Shown piece by piece: positions 23,401 through 37,130 of a stretch of 64,000 nt of DNA (positions within the stretch are counted from its first letter, which is position 1; every line of letters begins with the position of its first letter). The stretch is from assembly GCF_036321535.1 (NCBI RefSeq), contig NC_087437.1:22508001-22572000 (forward strand). Reading direction: 5' to 3'. Below the pieces are notes generated by a model, which was not told the origin of the DNA, ran no database searches, and worked only from the letters and a program-made list of their open reading frames with translations. This DNA comes from Camelus dromedarius. Taxonomy: Eukaryota. A program made the translations under genes and the position numbers.

Positions 23401-26400
23401 GAGCCCGTGCACAGCCACAGATGGGAAGTGAGAACACTTGGATCTACTGCCCGAGCGTGCTCACGGATAAATGACTCAACAAATATTTCACCTTCCTACC
23501 ATAGAGGCAGACTACTCTTGGAAGTTGAAGGTTTTAGGACTTCCAGTACTAACTTGTGAGAGAAAAATCACATTAGTGAATATAGCCATTTCCACACAAG
23601 CTGTTTTGCTGACAACCTAGTGCTGCTCGCAGGCTCGGACTTCTTCAGGGAGGCCTCTTCTCCATATCCAGTGAGTCTGTTGTGAAACTCTGTACACTCC
23701 ACGTCTCTAGGTGTTCATGGCAACACCAGCTCAGGTCTCATTTCATCTCATTTCATCTCGGTTCACCCTGTGTTGCCATGTGGTGACTACTGTCTCTTTA
23801 GAATAATTACTTATCTGTGTCTCAGTGTCTTCATCTAATAAACGGTGATGATAAAAATTGTGCCTCCTTCATGGAGCAGGGATTAACTGGGTTAAACATG
23901 TACAGTGCTCCTACTTGGAACATAGAAAGCACTCCATAAATGTTAGCTGCTACTACAGTTGTTACTATTACTCGTATTAATATTATTGTTGGAATAATTA
24001 CTCTATCTTTCACCATTTGCTCAAAAGAAATCTATAAAAACTGAGGTCTACTTCTAAGAATATAGAGGCATTTAGGAGTTCCAATTAATGTGTCAGACCA
24101 TTATAAGAATTTTCTGGGGTGGAATGAGTAATAAAGTTTAGAGTTAGATCAAATACTGAATTCATCTTTTTCTTAATGAGGCCTGTAAAGCACAAAGTTA
24201 CTGGGACAGTATCAAAAAAGGAGATGCATATAAATTGTTAACAATAGTTAAGATCGAAAAAATCCACAAGTGTCTTGCAAATCCAACAGAGCTGATCTTC
24301 TAGCAGCCTTGCTGGAGAAGGGGACACCAAGGTAGACAGACCACAGAAATCCCGTTGCTATACCTGAGGCAAAAAGTGTTCACAAACAGAGGGTGTCTAA
24401 GGAAGTTGTGTGGAATTGCTGATCAGCAATAATCAAGGAATCAATGACATTTACTTTCATGGCGATCACCAATTCACAGCTCCCTGCATGTCACTTAGAG
24501 ATAAAGAAGAATCTGAAAGCAGGCACTTGCTTGCATAGGGACCTGCAGTGCTCCACTAATTCTGTGTGCTGAGGACAAAGATGAGGGGCTGGATGAAATG
24601 CCAGTTTCCTCTGGTTGCATGAAAGGATTTACCATAGATAATGTCCTATGAAAAGCTTTTCTAATCTGGGCACTTTTCATTCCTGCATTAAATAAACCTC
24701 ACTCCTGTTACAAACAGCTCTCTGAGACAGCCTGATGGAGTTTTACCTGGTGACAAGCCAACCTCCAGGAAATGTTCACACTGATCAACTTGTAGCCTCC
24801 GATCCTTCTCTTATTCTTCCATTTATTAGCAATTAGGTGAGCATCTGGGCCCCAAATCACAACTTAATTGAGAATCTGCATCCATTTTTTAGAGTTGCAG
24901 ATAATTTCTTGCTTGAGTACAAGGTTGTCTTTGGGGGCAAAGCACACAGTTATCTTCCTAAACTCATGTATTTTACCAAAGTAGTTGCCTCCCCTCCACA
25001 GATTTCGATTTTGTGTTTGAAGCATGGGAGCTACAGACCAACAAATCTTATCAAAGTGGGTTTTGCTTCCACATAATGCTTTTAAAGGACATTACATGTG
25101 TCTAACAGTTGCTGAAAAGTAGATATTGCAGAATGCTAGGGTTCCACAGTAGGGTCATCTCTGATACTGGATCTTCAGGGCACAGCTTTATCCAGGATAA
25201 GAATGTAGACTTTACATTATATCTGAATCTCAAACCAATACAACTTGTGAAAATTGAGGGATTCCTAACTCAAGCAACAGGCAGGTCTTTCCCATTTTAT
25301 GCAGCAAAGATAGTTACTAAGACTTGGAGTCGAATGCCAAGCACAAGCATTTTGAATACTTCATTTACCAAGGCTGTTGCTGTGGAGGAACACAATCTAC
25401 TGTGCAGTGCCAGGAGCTGGGGCCCTGGGCCCTGAAGCAGTCTTGAAGAATCAGGTGTGTGGTTTTTGCACATGTGGCCAAAAATAGCTCAGAGGCTGGG
25501 AAAAATTCAGGTTGGAAGACTGAGTCTGAGAATGGTGTAGAGGGAGGTCAGTGGAAGGCTTCAAGTTAGACCAGGTGAGCAAGCCAGAATGAGCACAAAA
25601 ACAACCAGCAAGATGGCCAGGAAAGCAATGATTTACGGAGTCCAGAGGTGGATGTAAACTCAAATAAACACACACACTCACTTTGCTGGCAGGAGAGTCC
25701 CTAATTTCATACACCTTCTCCATTTAGTCCATGATCTCAAAAAGGTTAAAAACCACTGAAGTAGGCATATACAAATAGGTAGAACAAGGAGGGAGTGGTC
25801 ATAAGCTGAAGTGAATGGTGATCACAGAAGGTGAGATGAAAGACAATCAGATAACAAGTGCAAAGTCCAGGAAACAGGAGTGGGGTCGTGGAAGAAACCC
25901 TGTGCTTAAGCCATGGCCTTTCACATCCTTCCTGCTCACACCGAAATCGTACATGGCTGCTGTGGGCTAGCAGGCAGTGCATAGGAGAATGCAAGTGAAT
26001 AACGACATCTAAGTATACCTGGAGAGGAAGGTGAGGTTTGGAGAGTTCTATTTACACAGGAGTAAATGGCAGAGTTCGGAAGTATAGCAGATAACACCAC
26101 GATGCATAAATTAACTGTGACTTGAACCAATCCTGCTCCCTATTTATGGTTTAGCTTAACTTTATCGACTCAAAATATCCAAAGTCACATGCCCAGACTC
26201 ACCATCACCATCACTACTACCAGGACTTGGCTCTTCTTAGGTTGCCCAGGATGTGTGAGACACAACAGCTCCCAGGCTTTGCTCCATGCACCCACGGCTA
26301 GATCTTCAGAAGACCCACTACCTTTGTCTTTGTTTATGTGTCATGAGAGCAAATGGGAGAAGCAGGACGCTGCTCCGCCAGGAATTTGGGGGAGAAATGT

Positions 26401-27058
26401 TCCTTGATGGCTCAATTACTAAATAAGTAACATGTTGGTAATAAATAGCATTTGGGATGCAGATGTCTCTTTCTGAGATGGGTTAAAAACTAGTGAATTG
26501 TTCACATTTTTCGTTAGGGAGGAAGCTAGTAGCCAGGGTGGGTTGAAAGGAGGAGCTGGTACAAGATGCCAAGTAGATCCCCCTACTTGGAGGGCATGCA
26601 GCAGGTGGTGAGGGCTACTTTGTGATAATTCCCCTCTGTTCCTTTTATGGTAGGAGTCAGTCTCGCTCTCTCTGCAGTTTTGTTTTTTGTTTTTTTTTTT
26701 TATTCATTTGGTCAGGTCCCTTTTGTATTACCATTCTGCCCACATTACTGAGCATGCTACCAGCTAGTGTTGAACTTTACTTCTAAAGAGGGACTAAGGT
26801 TATAGAGAAACTGCAAAGTCTTTGAAAGAAAAGGCAGAATTCAATAATTATACCTCAGTGTCTCCTCTGGACTAAGTGTATTCATTATATTTTTATTCAA
26901 ACCTATTACCACCTTCTTGGAAAATGCAGTTAAAAAAAATGCCTCAGGGCCATTGTTAGCAAGCATCCAAATGGAAACAGAGGTGAGCCAGTGATAGGAG
27001 AGATGAACACCATTTAGATGAAAACAATAGAGGACTGTGCTGCTCTCATATCCATTAA

Positions 27059-27092
27059 GTGTGTGTGTGTGTGTCTGTATGTGTGTGTGTGT
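27059..27092 (+). repeat. Imperfect (GT)n microsatellite
   Basis: gtgtgtgtgtgtgtgtctgtatgtgtgtgtgtgt. Confidence 0.85.
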
Positions 27093-27779
27093 TAGAGAGC
27101 AAGAGAGAAGCTCTAAAAAACTTTATGCTGAGAAATAGCAAAATCCAAAATTCATGTTTTTGTGTGTGAAAAGCCTGCTTTGTCACTTAGTGCTCTTGAA
27201 GCATCATCAGCAAGAGGTCAGTGCATAGGTAGAGACTAGAGCACCATGGATACATACGAAATGTGATGGTGACGTCCCAGGTAACTTCATCACAGGCAAC
27301 GTGTGATAATCCCACAGACCTAATGCCAAAATGTGGGGACTGTAATGAAAACGAGTCTCAGAGAACTGGATGAGTGCCTCTGCCACCTTCTGCCTTGGTA
27401 TTACCCGATAATCTGTGACTCTGGCACCAACCACTCTGTGTAGGTGGCAGTGAAGAGGAACAAGATCATGGTTCTGTTGAATTACCTACATTGAAAACAT
27501 TCAGCCTTCAAAATTCTGGATTAAAAAAAAAAAGAACTTAGTAAGGTACCAAAATGACACAGAGAAAAAATAATAATTTCTGGCTTTTAAAACCATAATA
27601 AAATAAACTAGGAAAATATAAAAAGATAGTTTGCTGGTAAATTGAGTGATCAGCCCATGCAATGCCAGTGTAATTTTAGAGCCTTAAATACTGAATTTGG
27701 AAAGCTGTATATATATGGGCTGTTTCTGCAAAATGTTCAGTGTTAGTATCCTCTTGGACCCTGTGCTTCCTACATTGCA

Positions 27780-28010
27780 GTGCTAATAGCTGCCATTTAT
27801 TGAGGGCCTCTTGCAAGCCAGAACTGTGAGAGGCATTTTGTAACAGCATTTATAATCGTTACAACCACCCCACAGAAGACATAATATTATCCACATGTTA
27901 CAAGGAGAAATTGAGGACACTGAGAAAGGTTAAGCTATGTGGCCAAAGTCACATGGGAAGTAAATGGTAGGACTGGCATTAGAACCCAAGTTCCAAACCT
28001 CCTGTGTTGC
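27780..28010 (-). mobile_element. MIR
   Basis: aatagctgccatttattgagg...gaaattgagg...aaggttaagctatgtggccaaagtcacatgggaagtaaatggtaggactggcattagaacccaag. Confidence 0.82.
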
Positions 28011-30499
28011 CTCTCCCTCACTGCCTCCTCCCAGTAAACTGTCGGCGTGTCTGTGCATCAACAAAAGGTTAGTTATACCTGATGGTCCCAATGAGTAAGT
28101 TCTTCCCTTAGGTAGTCTCTACTGGGGAGGTGAGGTCTTCAAAGCATCTAGCTGCATATTTCTTTAGTTCTTTCTTTGTGTGTTTATTTAAGAGCTAACC
28201 AAAAAAAGGCCCCGGGGCCACTGTACGGCTATTGTAACTGAAGTAGAATCAGGGTCAGCTCTCCTCCAGACTTTCCCTAGGCTTAACAAAATGTTTGTGT
28301 TTGAAAGGTAGAATGTCTTGCCTGGTATCTGGCAGGAAGTAGCATATCTGTCTTTGGCTGCTCCTAAATTTTATGGATAATTAAAACATTATTTTTCTAT
28401 CAGAATGGAATGTGGTACCAAATGTAGACTCTTCTAGGGGCAAAATGTTGGAAATCTATACCTCAAAGCAAACTTGAGGACATCTAGATAGGACGCCATC
28501 AAGAAATGTGACCCTTGATGAGTTCTTGAACAAATGATTTGTGCTTCAAAGTACACAAGGATTTGGGGGCAGTGGTTCCTTCTGACCTAAGCACACCAAC
28601 AAAGGTTATAAGTGGAGTTAGAGGACCAGATCCTCCTTGCAGATCCAAGATCCTCCCAACAGACATATTCCTTTGGCTTCAGAGGTGGTTCAGCAAAATT
28701 GAATATACTTATTAAATGAGAAATTAATTATACTAAGATGCATTTTATCACCAGATGGTAATTCCTTCTCTACCAACAACTCTTATCAGACATCTGCCTG
28801 AGGCTACCGTATTCAGGAAAATGTATTGACTTCTTATGAAGAGAAAGATTATCTCCCTTCTTTATTGCTGCATTCCTTTCAATGTTCCCTTTCCTGCATC
28901 AAGATTTAAATCAGCACGCCCTTCCTTTTTGCCTAGTTTAGTGAATATAAAATTGTTGAAGTTACCTTCCTCTTGAGTCTCTCAAGTATGATACAATGCA
29001 ATGCCATGAATAAATTGATTAGAGTGGTATGGATGAAGTATAGAAATAAAGGGGACTGGTAAATCATGAGCACTGAAGATTTCTCTGGACAGATTCCATC
29101 CAATGGTGTTCTAGCCTATTTTGTGTAACAGTTGCTTGGTTGGCTTGAATGGGGAACAAATTTGGCAGCAGAAAGGAGAGAGATGGGACATACTGCTTGC
29201 TGCACAATAGATTCTAATATGCTGCTTTGTCTTCTAATGAAAATAAAACAATCCCTAGTGACTGGATTTAAAGTGGGGGGAAGTTTTTGTTTTTCAGTCG
29301 TTTCTTGGAATAGGATGAGATGGAGCCTTTTTGCAATATGTTTCCTATAGCCCAGGGCAAAAAAACTTTCTCCATGGGCTTCTCTGCTTCTTCTGAGTGA
29401 TGGGAGGAAAACAACCGGGGCACAACCTAGTTGAACAAAGCTCAGATGAAATATAATTTTGGTGGTGAAATATATACTCTAAAACTTCAGGGCCCAACAA
29501 CCAAAAAAAATATATATATATATCCAATATATATATATGGAATAACTTATTTAAGGGATTTGAACCTTGCGACTCTCTCAGAGACAACAGTACACCTGAA
29601 ATCTCTCATCAGGTGTCAGAGTTCTTTGGAAGTGAGTGAAAAATTCTGGATTTGATAGATGTTTGTGCCATGCTCAAGGCTTATTTATCTGTAGTCTTAG
29701 AGACCCAGCTTATTTCCATAAGTTACACAATACTGATATCACTTTTCTGTGTTCCTTATAGTTAAATACTTCCTGTTAAATTATCTGGCTGCTTCCATCA
29801 AGGACATGGTCTATGGGATCATTAAAATGATATGACATCATGTTTAGAGAACATGAAAAACTCATTCAAAACTCAGCATAGGATGCTCCCTCCTTAATGT
29901 ATAAAGTCTTAAACACACGTCATGGCAAATCTTTCTTTGTTAGGTTTCTTCTTCACTCTCCTTCTTAATGCTTAGCAAAAAAATATTTAGCATGAGCCTA
30001 TGAAAGATGTTATTTACCTCAGAACTGAGTTAAAAGAAAACTGAAGCTTATACTTAAACTACTTTATATTTATTGGCTGAGATGAGGGCACATTGGTTCT
30101 GATAGTCTCAAATTTAAAGGTTCCTCAAAGCTGTAAGGAAGGTGTGATGTGAAAAGAAGCAGAAAACTGGCTTTAATTAATTCTAATCATCCCTGTCATC
30201 GCAATTAAGCAATCCTGTTTAGAGTACCATATTAGGTACCACGGGGTTAAAAACAAATAATGAGCGCTGCCCTCCCTAGAATCCCAGTGTTGAGATTGCC
30301 AGTTGGATTTTTAACTCAGGGGCCACAGTTAAAAGGCTCCGTTCCCACTTACCAATTCCCTAAGTTCTCCAGTTCCCTGGTAAATTTCTTTTGGACACGT
30401 TTTTATACCTTTCGATTTTTCAAAAATGGAAATGTTAGTAGGAGAAATCCACTCCATTGTAAGGGGCACACTATTCTGAGAGCATAGATTTCCTCACAA

Positions 30500-30765
30500 A
30501 TACCGGCGTCACTTCTACTGCTCTATAATAAGTGGCTGCAGCTGTTGCCATGGCAATTTCCATTTTTTAAAAACTGTATCCACACAAAGACAGGCAACAC
30601 AGCTGTTTCCATGAGGCATCATAAAACACGCTGAGACGTAATGATGCTCCTGCCTTTTGCCAGAATGAGAAGGCCATGTCTGTGAGTCCGAGCAGAACCA
30701 AGGATGGACTGTGGCCAGGCTCCCTTCAGGGCTTGTTGGAGGGGAATTTAGGGGAATTTCTCCAA
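30500..30765. promoter_or_regulatory. Candidate enhancer: RFX X-box, E-boxes, half-CRE and tandem NF-kB-like sites
   Basis: GTTGCCATGGCAAT 30544-30557, two CAGCTG, CGTCA near 30507, GGGGAATTTA-GGGGAATTTCTCC 30741-30763. Motif match only. Confidence 0.45.
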
Positions 30766-33700
30766 TAGCTGCCTTTAAAAAAAATACCCTCACCTGCCTC
30801 TAATCTCCACATGCTACCCCAGAACATTCCAGAAGCAAGCGCTACTGACAGCACTCACTCAGTACTTGTTCATCTGAAGTCCCATGGCTCCCCTTCATGA
30901 GTTATTAAAATGCTGCAAGAAGGTCAACACAATGTATTTAAAATCATTCTCCACTTTCCAGTCACAGCGAGTGTGCTGCCTGCTGCTGTCCTGGTCCTTC
31001 AAGAGGGAATTTGGTTTTCACTGTGTGGGACAGCAGGCACCAATCAAGACAAGAAGACACCTCTGGAGCTGCCATTTCTTTAACAATGACAGTATCTTTC
31101 TCAGGGAGCAGGATAATGCTTTTGTTTATTGTTTCATTTTTGCTTTTGTTTTTAAGCCCTTGATTTGCTTGGCCAACCAGCTACTGAATATTATGCGATA
31201 AGAACTCACAGCTCTGAAATGTTGGTGGCCTCAGTCCCTCATATCCCTCATTCTAAACAAGACTGAAACTAGTTATCCCTTCATTAACCTGAAGGGACAG
31301 TTCCTGCTGAAACACAGGCGCAGTGGGGCTGTGGCCACAAAGAGGAAAAGAAAGCCTACCAAGTGCCTCACAGGAAAAGGGTGTGAAAAGAAATTACATT
31401 CCCTGCCCCCACCTCACTCCATCTCATATTACCATTTAACTCTCAAAAAAAAAAAAAAAAAAAAAAAGATTCCGGATTTCTCTGTATTTTATCAAACAGT
31501 TGGTTACAGCAATTTTGTTATTACTAAGAGCATTGAATTATAAATGGTATAAATCACCAAATGCCCAGGAATTTACTAATAAAGGGACTATACTTGGAAA
31601 GCATAAGTGGTTCTTTTATTCTGTGAGGAAAGCCTTTGTTTGCAAAGAAATACGGCTGTGCTTAACATCTGAGTAATCAGCAATTTTCATGGCGGTTGTT
31701 ACTAAACATAAAGTAGAGATGCGACCCACAAATCATCCAGGGAAGCTGTGGGACTTTGAGGTAAACAACTGCCTGCATTGGGTCCTAACTTGCCACTGAC
31801 ACTCTCTGTGACCCAGCAAAATGTCACTCACCTCTCTCTGTGCTACTGCAAAGCAAATGAGGTAAGGCTGACCACGGACAAGGGCTGTGAGGACCAAGGA
31901 ATCCAAATTCCTTCACAGTGCCCTGAAGTGTTCAGTATCACCCATAATAAAATAGATAATAAAATGGAAATAAATGAAAGAAACAAACAAACACCTATGG
32001 ATCCCTCGAGACCTGTAAGGGATCAAAGTGTCCCAGAACATTTCACCTGTCTTATCATCTCTCAAAGGAAATCAGGGGCTCATTCCATTTTTTCTTTCAA
32101 CTCAGAAACCAAAGGAAATATGCAGAATGAAGTCACTTGTCCAGGGTCATGCAGCTAATCAGTAACTGTCCCAACGAGTGTTTTCTTGGATCTTACCTAT
32201 CAGCCCAGTGCTGCTTGCAGATAGTCTGCTGCCCTGAAATGCAGCAAATCAGAGAAGCTCCCTCTAGACAGATTAGAATTCTTTAAGTGTGCAAAAAATA
32301 AAAGTAGGACATATTAACTTATTAGACTTAAATATTAACATTGGTAACTCAATCCTTAAAGCTAATAAACATTATTAGCTTTTTAAATATTGATGATGTA
32401 CAGAGATTGGTGACATTCTTGTTCATCAATGGATTTGACATCATGTCCCAAAAATGACTGCCAGTAAATCAGAAAAACTGATCACTATGAAAACACTCAT
32501 GTTGGTCAGCAACCAGGACTAAGGAAAGAATTGAGAAGTTATTTTACAGTCATTGAGAGGAGATAAGGTAATGAAATATGGGTGATACAGGTGGTTAAAC
32601 AGACCAGAAGGCTGAAATATTTTTTTCCAACAAACATTTTCAACTACTTCAAATCCTCTTTTTCACTGTGCCCAAGGCTGAGAGAAGAGACCCACTGGGC
32701 AGTCTCTAGCTCATGGCAGGACTTGCTGAAGATCAGAAAACAATATGGGGGTGAAGCTCTGTGTGATTTATTTTAACTGGGCATAAGAAAGTGGTGACTG
32801 GGGATAAATGGAAACGCCGCAGGTGTATTTGTTTAAGCACACATTTCATTTCCCTTAGACACAGGACACAGTCTCAATCATGATAGTATAGGTGTTATTT
32901 TTCAAAATTTCTTCTCTTTGATAAAATTCCAGTATGATTATTTCTATTGGTGTTCATGTTTATTCATCTGATGAATATTTGCTGAGGGCCTAAGTGCCTG
33001 GCACTGTTGTAGACCTGGGATTATGTAGGTGAATATGAGGGGGAGGCAACGAGACAGACAATAAATATGTAAACCAACAATCAGTATTTTGAGATGGAGA
33101 GTGACCTGTGACCCTCCTTACACAAAGATTTGAAAGAATTCAGAATTTAGAATTCTAAAGTGACTTCACAGACAGTATCTTATCTGAGTTTCATCGTATT
33201 TCAATTAAATAAATTTTGTGGTAAAAGCTCCATTTTGTAGATTTGGGGACTGAAATTAAGCAAAGTTCAGTGACTTAGCCAAATCCATTTAAACAGTGAA
33301 TGGAGTAGCCAGGGTTTAAATTCAGGACACCTTTCTTCAAAACCTCTGCTCTTTTACTGTATCATACCACCTTCCCAGATTGATTTAAAATTTTGTGTAC
33401 CTACGCACAGTTTCCAAATCCAGTATTAAACAGTTTTCCAAATTCATGTATTTAACTCTCCCACTCTCTACTGCTAATTTATAGCACTGAAGTTTAATCA
33501 CTGCTTTCAAATTTCACTGTGGAGAGATAGGAGGGCTGGTGCCATATCCTCTAGGTTTGAGAGGAGTTCCGCCACCCTGGAGGCAGCAATTTACCGGGCA
33601 GGGTCACGCAACATCTCCAGTACAGTAACTTACAGGACTGCAGTAAGGATTCAATGGGGTAAGAGGCAAGGCATGACACACACACATGATGGTTCCATAT

Positions 33701-35235
33701 GAAAACCGGGGGAGTTACTACTACTCTTCTTTGCCTCTACTGGTTCATCTGTGAAAAGGGAATGATAATGATGTTAGTTTACCTTATTTATTATATTGTC
33801 ATGAGAATCATATTGTGCAACAGATGTAGGAAGATTTGTGAATAGTGAAGTGTAATTATGGCTAAAGGAATCCTATAAGACAGATGTCTGATAGAAGACA
33901 TGTAGCTGGACTAGGCTTCTCATTATTTTCATTCATGAACAAGTGTTGTGTTGAAATTTGGGGCCAGTGCCATGGTGTGAGCAGAACTCCAGCAAATAGA
34001 CCAGGTAGTCTAATTCCTAGATCCTCAAGCGCAGATGCCTGTGAAGCACACTTTTTGGGGGCTATTTATTGAACCCGTTATCCAGCTCTCACATAAAATC
34101 ACCCAGAAGGAAGACATAGTTCTACATTATTTTGAAAGGCGCCTAAACCCGATGGAATGTGTCCAAGTGGTTTGCACAAGAGTATCTCTCATTCTGCAGA
34201 CTCTTCTGGAGGAAACACCCTCCCTGGGCCCAAGACCCTCTCACTCTCCCCTACACTGCTCTCATGTGCCCCTCCCCTCACTGTGTCTGCACCCCCCCAT
34301 GCCCATCCCCCATCCAGTGCCCTCATACTCCCCTGGCTAAGACTTGAGGCCCCTGCTGGGGAAACTTCCTGGAGAAATTCTACTCTATTGCATTTCCAGC
34401 CTGTATATAACAGTTTTCCAACATCCTCTTTCCTATTTTTAGTCAATGCCTTTCTTCAATTTTTAAAAACTTTTTACTACTACAGGTTTTATTTGTCCTT
34501 AACACTACCATATAAAAATTAACTTTGCTATTGTATTATTTAATGTTTCAAAGCATCCAAGAGTCAGGGGAGAGAGGAGGGTGGTTGGACCAGTGTGCTT
34601 TGAAAATTCGCTGGCTTGCTTATTATGGGACCAGCAGCACGTAGGCAGCCCCGCAGCCAATGGCCTCTTCCTGTGCATGCTCTGACGGGGGCTGAAGGCT
34701 CTGGCTCAGACCCAAGGACTTTAGGTCAACACCTCTCAAGATTTCAACGGTGAGATCTTAGTTAAAGTCTGCCTGTTAAGAAGTTCTTCCCGGTGAGGAA
34801 AGCCAGCTGTATCAGGTCAGTTCCTCCAAACATTTACCAGCTGCCTATAGAAGGACGTAAAGCGATTTTTTTTACCCTCTAGAAATTCTTGATACTTAAG
34901 TACATTACTTTTTCTCTATTTAATACTAGCTTTTGTGTTTTTAATTAATATTTCATTCATTTTTAATCGTTTCATAATTCCTTTTAAAAGGCTAAAGAAA
35001 TACAGGCATGAATGGGATAATTCTGCATGTAGTCTAATATGACAGAGCCTAATCTGTTTCTCCTGGCTTAATATATATGATGCTTAGCTCTGGAATATTG
35101 GGTAAATTACTTAATCCCCCTGTACAATAGGGATGATAGTAGTACCTGACTTTTTCCAAAGGAGTCCCTTTAACATTATAAGACAGTTCCCTTCTTTAGC
35201 TCTGTCGCTGAGGACCATTTAAGATGCAGTCCTTA

Positions 35236-35299
35236 CATTGTGCTGTACATCAGAAATTGACACATTGTAACTGATTGTACTTCAACTAAAAAAAAAAAA
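35236..35299 (+). mobile_element. Very short L1 3'-tip insertion with poly(A) and 15-bp TSD
   Basis: tgtgctgtacatcagaaattgacacattgtaactgattgtacttcaact followed by poly(A) resembles a laurasiatherian L1 3' terminus. TSD aagatgcagtcctta (35221-35235) / aagatgccgtcctta (35300-35314). Confidence 0.88.
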
Positions 35300-35738
35300 A
35301 AGATGCCGTCCTTAAAATCAGGCATTTGAAATAGCATTTCTAAGACTTGTGGCTGAGAATGCCTGTGACTACACATGTGCTTAAAGGTTTTAAAGCCAAG
35401 AGTTTTTCTTTCATATTTTATGTGCAGAAATCTATGTTCAGCTCTTCTAAGTACTTGAACATAATCAGATTTCTTCTGAGGATACTGTTGGCTTAATCAC
35501 TGCAAGGATGGGAAAGAAATATGCACAGCAGGCCTGCACATTTTTACCCCATACCAAGTACATTTGTCTCCTGGGACTGGAAGTATATATATCTCTCATT
35601 AATCAACAACATAAACATTGACTTGCAACCATAGAAGTCGACTTTGAATGGTCTTCATGCATTACTTAAAAGTGCTCACATCTGAGATTCTAGAAGGACC
35701 ATCCAAAGTATATGAGAACCAAACATTCTTCAGGGTTG

Positions 35739-36249
35739 CTGTGACAGCCATCCTTTGAGGTGACCTCCAATGATCCTTGACATTTGGTATCCTCTCCCTT
35801 GTGTAATCCCCTCTCAGACTGTACCAGAGTTGGTCTGTGTGACCAATAGAAGTGATAACAGGTCACTTCCAAGATCAGATTTAAACAGTCCCCACAACTT
35901 CCATTTTGGTTGCTCTCTCATTCTCTCATATGTGCCACATCATCATCTTTCTCCTGGATTGTTCTCTGTGGAGGAAGCCAAGTCATAGCCAGCCCTACAG
36001 AGAACACATGGCAGGGAAGTTAAACATTCTGCTGGCAGCGATGTGAGTGAGCTTGGAAGTGGATCCATCAGTCCCAGTCGAGTCGTCAGAGACTGCAGCG
36101 CTGACCGACAGCTTAGCTGCAAAGTCACAAGAGCTCCTGAGCCAGCATACCCAGCCTACATGGACCCTCAGGAATGGGAGATGAATGTTTGCCATATCAA
36201 GCAGCAAAGTTGTAGGGGTAATTTGCTACACAGCAGTGGATAACTAATA
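35739..36249 (+). mobile_element. MLT1F-like solo LTR
   Basis: ccttgtgtaatcccctc..., tgtgagtgagcttggaagtggatcc..., 3' end ggggtaatttgctacacagcagtggataactaata. Confidence 0.88.
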
Positions 36250-36754
36250 GTTACTTAAGCTCTAACTTTGTTCCACGTCAGATCATGAGGAAACATCTTT
36301 GAAGAACTATTATAGCAGTGGCTTTATTTACTTAGGGATTATTGTTTTACTTTTAGCTTTTGTAGAGGGTAGATTTTAGAAGGTCAATTTGAAGAATAAT
36401 TTTGTATCTTTCATAAGCCTATAGTCAATAATATTGTCTACCACATCACCCTATGCCTTGTTTCTCATGGAGTTCAATAACAAAGCAATACTGGCAGATG
36501 ATCTGTGTGTTTTCTTTAACTGGCTTAGAGAATCATATAAACAGATGTACTTTCCTTTTCACTTTGTTGCCAGGAGGCTCTGAGCAAAATTTAGTGCTAA
36601 ATTAAGGATCTAACTGGTGCCCGATACTCATTTTCTCATTTCTTTTAAGAGACGTCTTATCAGTTTTTAATCTTATTTATCCATTTTGAAAATAAATGTT
36701 CCTTAGGCCCGTAAACTAGCTCACATCCTTTTCAGAAGTAATTAAGATTACTTC

Positions 36755-37130
36755 AAGACATTGTGAGTTTGTTGAGTACCTGTTAGGTGCTAAGCAGGGT
36801 ACCAGGCTCTAGAAATACAAAGATGAATAAGAGAAAAAATAGGTAGGGCTTGCTTTTAAGAAGCTCAAAAACTAGTAATGAACAGCTACTTGGAGAACTA
36901 GCCATAAAACAAGATGACAGCCATGCTCTTCACAGAGTGAATAAAGCAGGATGATAGTGTTAGTGAGAGAAAATGACTTCTGACTTGAGACAAAACCAGA
37001 ACTGGGCCTGATGAAGAGGGAAAAGCTGGCATTAGGTCTCAGGGAAGTAACAATCATCTAGGATATGGTGAGAAGTTCAGTGTAGCTCAAGTAGGGATGA
37101 AGTGGAGGTGGAAGTGTATGGGGTACAAAT
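36755..37130 (-). mobile_element. L2 3' fragment
   Basis: tttgttgagtacctgttaggtgctaagcagggtaccaggctctagaaatacaaagatgaataaga. Confidence 0.7.

Noticed and set aside
31445..31467. A23 tract as the tail of a retrocopy
   Set aside because: I found no TSD, poly(A) signal or recognisable element upstream; treated as a mononucleotide run.
33884..34522. Cluster of five overlapping ORFs
   Set aside because: Explained by locally C-rich, stop-poor sequence; no recognisable domain or splice structure.
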